From IMG/VR virus record IMGVR_UViG_3300049719_000225, positions 34,116 to 98,115 of that record: DNA of 64,000 nucleotides. One strand, 5' to 3'. A program made the translations under genes and the position numbers. The first letter of the stretch is position 1. Every line of letters begins with the position of its first letter. Below, in pieces: positions 1 to 9,943 of the stretch. The notes beneath the pieces are model-generated. The model was not told where the DNA came from. It saw only the letters and a program-made list of their open reading frames with translations, and did no database searches. This DNA is from a virus.

Positions 1-233
1 TCGAAGATGGACAGCTTCAAGGACTCTTCGGGGGTTGTGGACTGGGAGAAGGCGCGCGAGTTCCTGCACGCCACTCCTGCTGCATCCGACCAGTCCACTC
101 CAGACGCCGATCTATCTCACTAGGCGTCTCCATGTGATCAATCACCCATCTGGGCCTCTGGATGTATGCCATGTACTCCTGCCAGTTCACGTACCCCGTA
201 CGCACTGTGAGTTCGATCTCGTGCAGAGACTCG

Positions 234-515
234 CTACGGGACATACTCAGTGACGCCAGCGGCAATCTGACCGCCAGGCAGATAGGTTAGGAAGAGAGCG
301 AGTGCCTCACCCTCGCCTGGTTTGGCGAGTTTCTTTCTGTCAACCACCTCAGTGCGAACAGGGACGCCTTTCAGGCCAATCTTTCCCTCAGCACTGGCTA
401 CAGCCACGAGGGCGTCCTTTTCGGCGACGAGACAGGTAGGGGCCACGCCGTTGTGGTACTGCTTGAATAGGTCCACGGCCTCTGCGACCATGGCAATGGT
501 GGGTTTCTTCTTCAT
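234..515 (-). CDS. hypothetical protein
   Basis: 93-aa ORF with ATG start; overlaps the small ORF 17..265. Confidence 0.6.
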   Translation of the reverse strand: MKKKPTIAMVAEAVDLFKQYHNGVAPTCLVAEKDALVAVASAEGKIGLKGVPVRTEVVDRKKLAKPGEGEALALFLTYLPGGQIAAGVTEYVP

Positions 516-640
516 TTATCGTCTTAACAGTATAATCCGATGTTATTCTCTTTAATAGATAATTTCAGGGTGTTTTCGCGGTATTTTACTGCTAAGGCAT
601 ACCTGGAAGGTGACCTCCATATCGTATGTGTAGTTAGAGC

Positions 641-1372
641 GTGACACTCGAAGAAGTTCAAGCCAAACGCAAACTTAGACACCTAGAGAATAGGGAACAC
701 AACCTTGCAGTGATGCGAGCCTATGGGAAAAGAAACAGGTCGGCTCTAACCAAAAAATCACGCGAAAGGTATAAAACTGATCCATTGTTTAGGGCAGATA
801 TAAGGCGACGTTCCAAGAAATGGCTAGCTAAACCTGAGAGCAGAGAAAAACGTTTGGCATCTAGCAGACGGCAAACTGCCAAGATAAAGAGCGATCCTAT
901 TAAATACCGTGAGGCTCTTGATAGGCATCTGGTTTACATGAAAGAACATGTAAGGACGCCTGAGTACAAAGAGAAGAGGAGAGCCTGGTACCAGAGGTAC
1001 CATAAAAATCCCAAAAATGCGATGGTACGCAGACTAAGGTCCAGAGTAAGATTCGCTCTAAAAGCGCGTGGATTCAGTTATTCAGCGGTGACACTTCTCG
1101 GGTGTACAAAAGATGAATTTTTACGCTACATTGAATCCTTATTTGTATCTGGCATGACTTGGGAAAATAGGTGGGCTTGGCATCTCGATCATAGGAAGCC
1201 CATCGCCTCATTTGATTTCAACGATCCTGAGCAGGTGCGGGCCTGTTTTCACTGGTCAAATTATCAGCCCCTCTGGGCTCACGATAACATCGTCAAGGGG
1301 TGTTCGGTGGTCCCAGATACTTCTTCACCGAGTCTGGCAGAGACACCCACTCCTCCATTGTCCAGTTTCTAA
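641..1372 (+). CDS. HNH/endonuclease VII-like homing endonuclease
   Basis: GMTWEN..WHLDHRKPIASFD..CFHWSNYQPLWAHDNIVK motif; basic N-terminus; AT-richer than flanks. Confidence 0.8.
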   Translation: MTLEEVQAKRKLRHLENREHNLAVMRAYGKRNRSALTKKSRERYKTDPLFRADIRRRSKKWLAKPESREKRLASSRRQTAKIKSDPIKYREALDRHLVYMKEHVRTPEYKEKRRAWYQRYHKNPKNAMVRRLRSRVRFALKARGFSYSAVTLLGCTKDEFLRYIESLFVSGMTWENRWAWHLDHRKPIASFDFNDPEQVRACFHWSNYQPLWAHDNIVKGCSVVPDTSSPSLAETPTPPLSSF

Positions 1373-3767
1373 TCAATGGCCATACGTTAGGCCCTTGAAC
1401 GTACATGTGTGCGTTACGGTAACCCGGAACCAATTTTCCTTTCATAAGAACCCCGTCCACCCACTCCTGCATCCTGTAATTTTTATCATCGGCGTGGCCA
1501 CTGCCGAGATGCTTGCCTGCAATCTCGTCCAGCGTCTTTCTAGTGGCGCTAAAGTGGTAGATGTCATACCCGAATAGCTCGTGGCGATAACCGTAGGTTC
1601 CTCGGCAGTGCTCGAAGGTGGCATCCGTGCGGGCATAGATGGTGGCCTTGTCGAGAGCGCCCTCTATCGGATAGCCAGGCAAGCCCGCCACGGGCACCAT
1701 GCCTGTGAAGACGCTCATGGGCCAGCGCTCCCGCACCATCTCGTTCATTCGGGCCAGCATCCCAGGACGCCATAGTTCATCGCCGTCCATGATGATGGTG
1801 TGTTGGAACCCCCGTGCTCCGCAGAAGCGTTGGTACCAGTTGCGGCAGTCGGTCTCTACCTTGATGCGCTCCTGTCTCACGTTCGCCACCTTCGCCACCT
1901 CGAAAGGAATGAACTCGACACCGTATGGGTGGGGGTAGTCCGGGTGGTTCTCCCTCAGCCACTTATTCAACCAGATGTTCAACCGATCTGCAATCTTGGA
2001 AACCTCTTGGCGTTCATCCTCGTTAGCAGGAGCACCATCCCATCGCATGCTCGGGGCGAACAGGAACACGTTTTCGATTCGGTCCTGAAGCTCAGTGGTT
2101 TTGGAGAGCTTGATGCCCTCTTCAAGGATCCGCTGGCACACCTCGAACAAACACAGGTCGTCTCGGATGGCTTGCACGACTACCGCATATCGCACGGGCA
2201 CCGCAGCGTACTCGGCAGACCTAGGTCCGTCATCCAGCGGAAAGCCCAGGTTCTTGCGGAAATTGAACAGTGTCTCGCCGAAGTTCCAGCGCTCCATGCT
2301 GGCGTGTTTCAAGTCCACCTCATCGCGAGGCCTCTTGCCACAGTCTGGGTGCATGTGCTCGAAGAGGAGGTGGCGGGCATCCACAATGACGCGATCCTGC
2401 GAGGCCACGTAAGTGAACTCGGTGTCACTGTTGTGACTCAAGTAACCGTCTGCCACGTAATTCTTGGTTTCTGTAGAGAGGCAATAAACGTCGGTTGTAT
2501 TGTCGTCGTCGTTGAGCCCCCAGTAAGTGGGCTCGATAGAAACAATCTCATCAGGCGAACCGTAGCGTGAGGTGAACATCCTCTTGGACACCTGTTTTTT
2601 GAAAGTACGTACAGGTCGAGTCCACGCTAAAAACTTTAGGTATTCTTCACGGCCACCCGTGAGCGTGAAAACCTGTTGAGTGACGGGGGCACCCCGGTAT
2701 TTTCCGTATGAACGGTCTGTAGAGAATTGGAAACCCAGACGACGAAGAACGCGACCAATCTCGGCGCACACTTCTGGGTTCTTATCCAGCGACTGGGAGA
2801 TGCACGGGAAGCTGCCCTCGCCATCATACATTCCAGCTAACCAACCCAAATCTCGTACGGACTCTGGATCGGTAGGGGCAGGCGGGGGAGTTTCCAGCAC
2901 CCTAAGAAGTTTGCGCCCTATTTTAGGCTCTCCCCACCTAATCTGTCCAAACCCCCTTTGCCTAGCGTACCCAGCCGTTGTACGCAGAATTTTTCCCTTC
3001 TCATTTCTCAGATATTGACGGGTATCGCCGTAGTAGGCCCACACATGGTCGGGGGTGCATAGGAGAGTTTTTCCCGATTTCAGAGTGAGTTTTACAACTC
3101 GATCTCGTTTCTTGTGCACCTCAAGAACCTTTGATGGCTGCAAGAAATCACGAGGCTGCACCCCTCGACCAGGCCGTCTTGATGATCCGACAACCATATC
3201 ACCTGGTACGATGTCCCTAATGGCTTTGAACGTCTGGTTCGCCATGTAAATGGGAGTATCAGGCGGAAGGCAGAAGAGACTCTGGTATCCTGGGTAGAAG
3301 ACGTAGCCGAACCGCTCGTAGCGTCTGCGGGTAAGGATGGCCAAGGTCAGCAGGTCGGGGTTGTAGCCATCCTTCACCCACATCACGATCTCGTTCTTCC
3401 ACCAACCCCAGGGGATGGTTTCGATGATGCCCTTATCCCAATGGACGGGTACGTCAAAGTCATCGGCCACGCAGATGATGATGTCACCCGCGGCGCGACT
3501 GGCAGCCGTGTTCCAGCCTGAGACGCAATTCTTGGGGCCGGTGTTGGGAACGCCGCGGATACTGCGGTGCTTCAGGGAGGCATCGGCCACTAGCTGGATG
3601 ATGTTGTTGCACACCGCTGTGTCACCTTCATCGTAGCAGATGATGAACTCGACGTTCGACGGATCGTTGGCTCGTTCAAGCCAACGTCGCACTGTCAATT
3701 CCACCGCTCCTGGTCGTACTGTTGTATAACAGAGGGAGAATATGGGAGCGGGTGCGGGTGTACTCAC
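1293..3767 (-). CDS. GT2-family glycosyltransferase (two GT-like domains) with intein
   Basis: GT-A motifs (WNTAASRAAGDIIICVADD; IIMDGDELW); intein CLPPDT...YLSHN|S. Confidence 0.8.
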   Translation of the reverse strand: MSTPAPAPIFSLCYTTVRPGAVELTVRRWLERANDPSNVEFIICYDEGDTAVCNNIIQLVADASLKHRSIRGVPNTGPKNCVSGWNTAASRAAGDIIICVADDFDVPVHWDKGIIETIPWGWWKNEIVMWVKDGYNPDLLTLAILTRRRYERFGYVFYPGYQSLFCLPPDTPIYMANQTFKAIRDIVPGDMVVGSSRRPGRGVQPRDFLQPSKVLEVHKKRDRVVKLTLKSGKTLLCTPDHVWAYYGDTRQYLRNEKGKILRTTAGYARQRGFGQIRWGEPKIGRKLLRVLETPPPAPTDPESVRDLGWLAGMYDGEGSFPCISQSLDKNPEVCAEIGRVLRRLGFQFSTDRSYGKYRGAPVTQQVFTLTGGREEYLKFLAWTRPVRTFKKQVSKRMFTSRYGSPDEIVSIEPTYWGLNDDDNTTDVYCLSTETKNYVADGYLSHNSDTEFTYVASQDRVIVDARHLLFEHMHPDCGKRPRDEVDLKHASMERWNFGETLFNFRKNLGFPLDDGPRSAEYAAVPVRYAVVVQAIRDDLCLFEVCQRILEEGIKLSKTTELQDRIENVFLFAPSMRWDGAPANEDERQEVSKIADRLNIWLNKWLRENHPDYPHPYGVEFIPFEVAKVANVRQERIKVETDCRNWYQRFCGARGFQHTIIMDGDELWRPGMLARMNEMVRERWPMSVFTGMVPVAGLPGYPIEGALDKATIYARTDATFEHCRGTYGYRHELFGYDIYHFSATRKTLDEIAGKHLGSGHADDKNYRMQEWVDGVLMKGKLVPGYRNAHMYVQGPNVWPLIRNWTMEEWVSLPDSVKKYLGPPNTP
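2430..3272 (-). mobile_element. intein with LAGLIDADG endonuclease (281 aa)
   Basis: Block A CLPPDTPI, block B LLCTPDHVW, WLAGMYDGEGS, C-terminal HN followed by Ser. Confidence 0.88.
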
Positions 3768-4033
3768 GAGGGTATAGAATCGTCCTCCTTAACTGCGCTC
3801 ACCAAGCCCAACTCTATGAGTGCTGGAGCGAAGGCCTCCGCGATCATGTTGCGGATGGAAACACGGGCGGCTTCGTTCAGGTTCAGTTTCAAAGCAACGT
3901 TATCGCTGGCGACGGTAAGAGCGTCATTAAGTTTTCCAACGGCCAGTTTTCTTTCATTTTCTGGTATTTTCTCCATCTGAGAATGTCTCCTAAGTGGTTG
4001 ATTGACAATTTTTAATGGTTCATAGAGAACCAA
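3764..4033 (-). CDS. hypothetical protein
   Basis: ORF abutting the GT start codon. Confidence 0.5.
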   Translation of the reverse strand: MVLYEPLKIVNQPLRRHSQMEKIPENERKLAVGKLNDALTVASDNVALKLNLNEAARVSIRNMIAEAFAPALIELGLVSAVKEDDSIPS

Positions 4034-4047
4034 AAGTTGTTTTAGTG

Positions 4048-4076
4048 TTTACAAAATCATCACCCGCCCTATTATC
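4048..4076 (+). promoter_or_regulatory. sigma70-like early promoter (TTTACA..TATTAT)
   Basis: TTTACA-N16-TATTAT; similar TTTACA elements near 8468, 14414, 30249, 31350 and on the minus strand near 36850, 38518, 45770. Confidence 0.6.
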
Positions 4077-4117
4077 AGTGGTAAGAGATCAACCCCAACA
4101 CAACCACCACAAATACT

Positions 4118-4801
4118 ATGGGCCTCAAACCACTAAAGCTAGAAGTCGCCGCCGCTCCCTCTGCTAAGAAGAGCGACGTTCCCGCCCGCACCCTTGCGGG
4201 CGTTGCCATTGCCGAGTTCATTCGCCTGAAGGCCGAGGTCGAGGACCGCGCGGCCCGCATGAAGACCCTTGAAGAGGAGATCAAGCTGGCGGGCTGCACT
4301 GAGGTGATCAGCATCAACTGTGAGAACGCCACGAATCCCGTGTCCTCAGTCAGGCTGCAGGACGACGAGGGTGCCAAGGCCACCGTCTCCTTCACCTCCA
4401 AGTACAGCGACATCGACGCCGATGCGTTCAGCGCCGTCTTCGCCGAGATCAACGCCCGCAGGAAGGCCGCTCGCCTGCCTGCCGTCAGCGAGGCTGAGTA
4501 CGCTCAGTTCGTCATCGCTGCCAAGCTGAACGATGTCGCCTTCTACGACAAGGACGGCAACTTTCAGGAGGCCGTCTACGCTGAGGTCCGCAAGGCCCTC
4601 GATGCCGTAGCCGCCAAGCTGGTGGCCGCAGGCAAGGTCGCCGCTGGCACCCCGCTCTACACCGAGGCTCAGAAGGCCCGTGTCAAGCCGACCTTCCACG
4701 CCAAGCGGTGGGAGTTGGGCGTCGAGGACAACACCTCCCTGCTCGGCACCGTCCGCAACACCGTCACGCTCAAGCCCGTTGCTGGCACCGTCGCCGCCTG
4801 A
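4118..4801 (+). CDS. hypothetical protein
   Basis: 227 aa with strong GC3 codon bias. Confidence 0.75.
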   Translation: MGLKPLKLEVAAAPSAKKSDVPARTLAGVAIAEFIRLKAEVEDRAARMKTLEEEIKLAGCTEVISINCENATNPVSSVRLQDDEGAKATVSFTSKYSDIDADAFSAVFAEINARRKAARLPAVSEAEYAQFVIAAKLNDVAFYDKDGNFQEAVYAEVRKALDAVAAKLVAAGKVAAGTPLYTEAQKARVKPTFHAKRWELGVEDNTSLLGTVRNTVTLKPVAGTVAA

Positions 4802-4805
4802 TCCC

Positions 4806-5105
4806 GTGAACGTCGCCTCTCAAACCCTCTACTACCTCCCCCTGACGGGGGCCGATCTCACCTACCTGCTGGATACCTTGCAGGGCCGTGCCTCCCTCCC
4901 GCTGCCCAATGAGCGCGACCTGGCCCGTTCCCTTCGCAGCATCGAGCAGGTGCTGCCCGAGTCCCAAGTCGAGCAGGTTCAAGAGACCGTGAAGGCAGGG
5001 TTTGAGCAGGCCCGTTCGCAGGCAGCGGATCTCAAGGACCACGCCGTGGCCCTTTGCAAACTCATCAACGAAGCACAGAAACGCCCGTCAGAATTTTCAC
5101 TCTAA
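4806..5105 (+). CDS. hypothetical protein
   Basis: GTG start directly after the upstream stop; operonic. Confidence 0.6.
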   Translation: MNVASQTLYYLPLTGADLTYLLDTLQGRASLPLPNERDLARSLRSIEQVLPESQVEQVQETVKAGFEQARSQAADLKDHAVALCKLINEAQKRPSEFSL

Positions 5106-5109
5106 TCCA

Positions 5110-6234
5110 ATGACCGCATCCCCCCAAGGAGTCGAAGTCCTCCGCAACGCCACCCTGTTCAGCTTGACCCGCTCCTCGTGGAGCAACTACCGCAAGGCCG
5201 ACCGCAGCAAGGTCAGCATTCAGGGTTACTCCACCGATCTGGATGGTGCCACCACCTCCGTCAGTGACGCCGCCACCAAGCGGGTGAACGTCACCAAGAA
5301 GCTGGTCGAGTCCGAGCAGTTGGACAACGTCCGCAAGTACATGAACGAGGTGTACGACTGGTGCCTCAAGCACTGCATGCCGTCCACGGCCATCCGCAAG
5401 GGCATCTACTTCGTGAAGAACAACCAGGTGCCCGTCTTCGAGGAGAAGCTGACGCACGCTCTCGATGAACTGCGCAGCACGATCCTGCCCTCCTTCCTTG
5501 AGCCCAACCCCAATGCGGTCCTTGAGGACGGCTCGCCCGATGTGGCCCGCCGGACTTTCTCTCCGTACGAGCTGGCCAAGGAAGCGGCCAAGAAGCCCAC
5601 GGTCGAGGGTGGCCTGGGCGAACTGTACGACGAGGACGACTACCCCACCGTGGAAGAGCTTCGGAAGGCTTTCAACCTGCGTTGGTCGTGGCTCCAGTTG
5701 AGCGTGCCCGACGAGTTGCCCGAGGAGGTTCGGGTGCGTGAGGTCAGCAAGCTCAAGGCCAGCTTCCTTGAGGCTCAGGAGGAGATCAAACTGGCTCTCC
5801 GTGCGGGCTTCAAGGACCTTGTTTCACACGCCATCGAGCGCCTGACCCCCGGTCCTGACGGGAAGCGTAAGGTGTTCTGCGAGAGCACCTTCACCAAGTT
5901 CAACGAGTTCTTCGAGACCTTCAACGCTCGTAACCTCATGGAGGACGCTGAGTTAGAGGCCGTCGTGGAACAGGCAAAGGAGATCATGAAGGGCCTCCCG
6001 AGCGTGGATGACCTCCGCAGCGCCGAGAGCCGTCGCCTCGCCTCACTCATCAAGCAGAACGAGAAGAAGGGTAACATGGTCAAGGTGGCTGAGTTACAGA
6101 AGCAGCTTGTCGAGCAGGAGAAGGCCGACGCTCAGGTTCTTGAGTCCACGGTGGCCCAGTTCGCCAAGGTGGACGAAGTGCTCGCCCCGCTCGTTCTCAC
6201 CCCCACCCGCCGCTTCAACTTCGAGGAGGAGTAA
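5110..6234 (+). CDS. DUF3150-like protein
   Basis: K-LV..IRKGIYFV and DYPTVEELRKAF motifs; typical partner of Ycf46 AAA operons. Confidence 0.65.
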   Translation: MTASPQGVEVLRNATLFSLTRSSWSNYRKADRSKVSIQGYSTDLDGATTSVSDAATKRVNVTKKLVESEQLDNVRKYMNEVYDWCLKHCMPSTAIRKGIYFVKNNQVPVFEEKLTHALDELRSTILPSFLEPNPNAVLEDGSPDVARRTFSPYELAKEAAKKPTVEGGLGELYDEDDYPTVEELRKAFNLRWSWLQLSVPDELPEEVRVREVSKLKASFLEAQEEIKLALRAGFKDLVSHAIERLTPGPDGKRKVFCESTFTKFNEFFETFNARNLMEDAELEAVVEQAKEIMKGLPSVDDLRSAESRRLASLIKQNEKKGNMVKVAELQKQLVEQEKADAQVLESTVAQFAKVDEVLAPLVLTPTRRFNFEEE

Positions 6235-6287
6235 AAAACAGCACTTTGTGCTCGACATTCACGCTCCAAAACACATAATAGACTTCA

Positions 6288-7943
6288 ATGAAAGCCCCCA
6301 CCGCAAAGAAACACCCGATCATCGCCGTCAGGCGCGCAGGCGTTCCGCTCATCGCATTCGAGACGAGCGATCCCGCTCAGACCATCGTGCAGGTCAACAA
6401 GGCCCTCAATGGTAGCTCCTCCAACGTTCCGCTCCTGCGGTGGGACATCGTGAGGGGACTCGTTGGCCTGAACCCTCTCGGTCAGCAGCGTGTCCAGTCC
6501 ATCCTCAGCAAGTGGCTCAAACAGGAGGGGGCCGGTGAATCCAAGGAGGAGCAGGCCGAGCGCCAGGCGGCCACCTGTGACCCGTCCTTCACGCTGAACC
6601 TCCTGCGCAAGGTGGCCGAGGACTTCACGCCCGCCAAGCCGAGCCTCATCGACAGCGGCCTCATCTTCTTCATGAACGCCCACCTGTTCTTCAAGTCTGA
6701 GGTGGTGCTGCAGGCCATGTGGAACCTCCGTGACGCCCTGAAGCCCACGGCTGCCACGCTGGTCGTCCTCTGCCCCGCCATGAAGCTGCCCGAGGAACTG
6801 ACGCACGATGTCGTGGTCATCACTGAGCCGCTGCCGAACGCCGAGGAAGTCGGCGTCATCGTGGACAGCATCGCCAAGGACGCCAAGTGCGACATCGATC
6901 CCGCCGACAAGCCGAAGGTGATCGACACCGTTCTTGGCGTCAGCGCCTTCGCCGCCGAGCAGGCCCTTGCTATGAGCATCGGCCCTGTGGACGGCAAGGT
7001 GGTCCTAGACCGTGACGAACTGTGGGAGCGCAAGCGCAAGATGGTCGAGAACACCGAGGGCCTGACGATCCACCGTGGCAAGGAGTCCTTCAACGACGTG
7101 GGCGGGCTCTCCAACGTGAAGGCCTTCCTCACGAAAATCCTCCAGAGCGGCAACAACCCCGTCCGCTGCATCGGCTTCATCGATGAGATCGAGAAGATGT
7201 TCAGCGCTGCCTCCACGGGCGGCGACATGAGCGGCGTGTCGCAGGACCAGCTCAAGGTGCTTCTCACCGAGATGCAGGACAACGACATCCCCGGCATCAT
7301 CTTCGTTGGGCCTCCTGGCACGGGCAAGAGCGCCGTCGCCAAGGGCGCGGGTTCGCTCGCCGAGGCCGAGGTGATCAGCATCGACACGGGTGCCATGACG
7401 GGCAGCCTCGTTGGCCAGTCGCAGGCCAAGATCAGGAGCGCCTTCGCCACGTTCAAGGCGGTGTCGCAGGGCAAGGGCCTGTTCATCGCCACCTGCAACA
7501 AAATCGCTGCCCTGCCGCCCGAACTGCGCAGGCGCTTCACGCTCGGCACGTTCTACATCGACCTGCCGAACGCCGAGGAGCGTGCCGCCATCTGGCCGCT
7601 CTGGCTCAAGAAGTACGCCGCCATGGAGGGCAGCAAGCTGACGCTCAAGAGCGAGCAGCCCGACGACGAGGGTTGGACGGGTGCCGAGATCAAGGCCTGC
7701 TGCGATGTCGCCTATCGGGCGAACATCTCCCTCAAGGAGGCTGCGTCCTACATCGTCCCCGTCAGCAAGTCGTCCGCTGACCAGATCAAGGCCCTGCGCC
7801 AGATGGCCTCTGGAAAGTTCATCTCGGCCAGCAAGGCGGGCATCTACCAGTACGTTGAGAACGAGGCCGACGCTGCGGCTGCGGCCTCCCTTGACGGCAC
7901 GAAGCGCCAGACCCGCAGGTTCGGCAGCGAGGAGAAGGCTTAA
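6288..7943 (+). CDS. Ycf46-type AAA+ ATPase
   Basis: DVGGL..VK, FIDEIEKMF, Walker A GPPGTGKS, LPPELRRRF, WTGAEI. Confidence 0.88.
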   Translation: MKAPTAKKHPIIAVRRAGVPLIAFETSDPAQTIVQVNKALNGSSSNVPLLRWDIVRGLVGLNPLGQQRVQSILSKWLKQEGAGESKEEQAERQAATCDPSFTLNLLRKVAEDFTPAKPSLIDSGLIFFMNAHLFFKSEVVLQAMWNLRDALKPTAATLVVLCPAMKLPEELTHDVVVITEPLPNAEEVGVIVDSIAKDAKCDIDPADKPKVIDTVLGVSAFAAEQALAMSIGPVDGKVVLDRDELWERKRKMVENTEGLTIHRGKESFNDVGGLSNVKAFLTKILQSGNNPVRCIGFIDEIEKMFSAASTGGDMSGVSQDQLKVLLTEMQDNDIPGIIFVGPPGTGKSAVAKGAGSLAEAEVISIDTGAMTGSLVGQSQAKIRSAFATFKAVSQGKGLFIATCNKIAALPPELRRRFTLGTFYIDLPNAEERAAIWPLWLKKYAAMEGSKLTLKSEQPDDEGWTGAEIKACCDVAYRANISLKEAASYIVPVSKSSADQIKALRQMASGKFISASKAGIYQYVENEADAAAAASLDGTKRQTRRFGSEEKA

Positions 7944-7944
7944 C

Positions 7945-8448
7945 ATGAGCCACGTCGAAACCTGCAAAGTGGCCTTCAAGGACCTTGCGGCGGTGAAAGC
8001 CGCCTGCAAGGCCCTGGGGGTCACCTTCGTGGAGGGCAAGACCCACTTCAACTGGTACGGCCAGCATGTCGGCGACTACCCGATCACGAAGGAAATGTCT
8101 GACGCTGGCATCACGAAGGAAAACATCGGCCAGTGCGCCCACGTCATCCAAGTCCCAGGCACCACCTGGGAGGTTGGCCTGTGGCCCATGAAGAACCAGC
8201 CCGGCTCCTTCCTGCCCGTCTACGACTTCTACGGCGGGCAGGGCGCTGTGCTCCAGAAGGCCCTTTGCAAGGGTCCTGGCTGGCCCCAGACGCCGAAGAA
8301 CTACAGCGGGTACAGCGTTGGGCTGGAGAAGCTGGCTGACCACTACTCCCTCGAAGTGCTCAAGGCCAAGGCCCGTGCGAAGGGCTACCAGTTCAAGGAA
8401 ACGCAGGTTAATGGCAAGATAAAGCTGGTCGTTTCCCTCGGAAACTGA
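7945..8448 (+). CDS. DUF1257-like protein (paralog 1)
   Basis: MSHVET..DL.A.KAAC..LG; C-terminal ARAKGYQ. Confidence 0.75.
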   Translation: MSHVETCKVAFKDLAAVKAACKALGVTFVEGKTHFNWYGQHVGDYPITKEMSDAGITKENIGQCAHVIQVPGTTWEVGLWPMKNQPGSFLPVYDFYGGQGAVLQKALCKGPGWPQTPKNYSGYSVGLEKLADHYSLEVLKAKARAKGYQFKETQVNGKIKLVVSLGN

Positions 8449-8501
8449 AAAAACCCTGTTTTTAGTGTTTACAAAGTGCCCCCAACCCTTAGTATGAAAT
8501 C

Positions 8502-8963
8502 ATGAGCCATATTGAAAAATGCTCGGTGGTCATCACCGACCTAAAAGCGCTGAAGGCGGCGTGCGAGACCCTCGGTCTCACACTGTCAGAGGGACAGAAA
8601 AAGTTCGTTGGCTACTACGGTGCCAAGAACCCATGCCAGCACGCCATCAAGGTGCCTGGCGTGTCGTGGGAGGTTGGCCTGCTCTCGGCTGACACGGAGG
8701 GCAACAAGGTGAAGGGCTGGACAACGGCCTTCGATCCGTTTGGCACGCAGGGCCAGACCATCGCCTCCAAGCTGTGCAAGAAGCACGGCGAGCAGTACGG
8801 CCAGCCCGTGTACAAGCACAAGGACGGCACGCACCACTGCGAGACGCTGATGAACCAGTACTCGCTGGAGGTTCTGAAGGCGAAGGCCCGTGCGAAGGGC
8901 TACCAGTTCAAGCAGACCACCGTGGACGGCAAGATCAAGCTGCAGGTGACCCTCGGCAACTAA
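8502..8963 (+). CDS. DUF1257-like protein (paralog 2)
   Basis: Clear paralog of 7945..8448 with identical YSLEVLKAKARAKGYQFK. Confidence 0.75.
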   Translation: MSHIEKCSVVITDLKALKAACETLGLTLSEGQKKFVGYYGAKNPCQHAIKVPGVSWEVGLLSADTEGNKVKGWTTAFDPFGTQGQTIASKLCKKHGEQYGQPVYKHKDGTHHCETLMNQYSLEVLKAKARAKGYQFKQTTVDGKIKLQVTLGN

Positions 8964-8991
8964 CCCCCAACCTCTCAAATCCAAAAAACAC

Positions 8992-9204
8992 ATGACAACC
9001 TTCGGCACACCCAAAAAGACCATCACCTTCACCATCGAAGACGGGGAGGTCACCTCTGAGGCCCACGGCTTCACGGGCAAGGCCTGCGAGGCCGCGACCA
9101 AGTTCTTCACCGATGCTCTCGGCGGCAAGACCACCAAGAAGACGTTCAAGCCCGAGTACTACAAGACCGAGAAGTCCTTCGCTTCTCAGACGGCGGGGAA
9201 CTGA
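8992..9204 (+). CDS. DUF2997-like protein
   Basis: I.EDGEV..EAHGFTGKACE.AT..KPEYY signature. Confidence 0.8.
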   Translation: MTTFGTPKKTITFTIEDGEVTSEAHGFTGKACEAATKFFTDALGGKTTKKTFKPEYYKTEKSFASQTAGN

Positions 9205-9207
9205 ACC

Positions 9208-9474
9208 ATGAGCCGCATCGCCGTATTCTCCATCGAAGACGGGGAGGTCACCGCACTGGCTGGTGGCCCCCTGTCACTGGCCGACATGGGCCAACGCTCC
9301 ACCGAGCGGGCTTCCCACCTTGAGTTCAATGCCGACCTTGGCGTTGGAGGCGAGTGGGAGGTCACCGACCACAAGACGGGAGTCCTCCTGTTCACCCACG
9401 CCGACTACGACGTGGCCCTGCAGTGGGAGGCCGACCACTACAACCAGTTGCTTCTGGAAGGAGGTGCGTCATGA
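9208..9474 (+). CDS. DUF2997-related small protein
   Basis: FSIEDGEVT; RASHLEF..GEWEV..ALQWE. Confidence 0.65.
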   Translation: MSRIAVFSIEDGEVTALAGGPLSLADMGQRSTERASHLEFNADLGVGGEWEVTDHKTGVLLFTHADYDVALQWEADHYNQLLLEGGAS

Positions 9475-9824
9475 GTCTCGCTGGCCACCTTTCCTCCGAC
9501 GAACTGGTCATCAAGCCCGGCGGCGTCTATCAGGGCAAGACGATTGCCTGGACGTGGCCGTTCAATTCGCAGACCAACCCCGACAGGAGCTACAGGTGCC
9601 TCCTCTTCGAGGACGGTTCCCTGACGTGCAACTGCCCAGGCTGGGCCAAGCGGGTGGTGAACGGCGTGCGTGAGTGCAAGCACACGCAGTTCGTCGCCTC
9701 GTCGCTTGAGATGGTCCAGAACGGAGGCGCATTCGTTGAGAGCATGGCCCCCGCTCAGAAGGCGATGTTTGTAACCGCCAAGGACAACTGGAGCCGCAGC
9801 CGTCGCAGGTTCAACTTCGACTAG
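9471..9824 (+). CDS. SWIM zinc-finger protein
   Basis: TCNCPGW....RECKH. Confidence 0.75.
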   Translation: MSLAGHLSSDELVIKPGGVYQGKTIAWTWPFNSQTNPDRSYRCLLFEDGSLTCNCPGWAKRVVNGVRECKHTQFVASSLEMVQNGGAFVESMAPAQKAMFVTAKDNWSRSRRRFNFD

Positions 9825-9906
9825 ACTTTGGGATGGTATGGTGCGCAGGGAGATCCTGCGACAGGGGGTTTGGACCAGTGTTTTCCCCCACATGAAATCC
9901 CTCCCG

Positions 9907-9943
9907 AGCGCCCCGCCGATAATCGGCGGGGCGCTTTCTTTTA
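9907..9943 (+). terminator. intrinsic terminator
   Basis: GCGCCCCGCCGAT-AATCGGCGGGGCGC hairpin followed by a T-rich tract, between convergent genes. Confidence 0.8.

Noticed and set aside
6482-8051. Long antisense ORFs opposite the AAA ATPase and other GC3-biased genes
   Set aside because: Typical shadow frames of strongly codon-biased genes.
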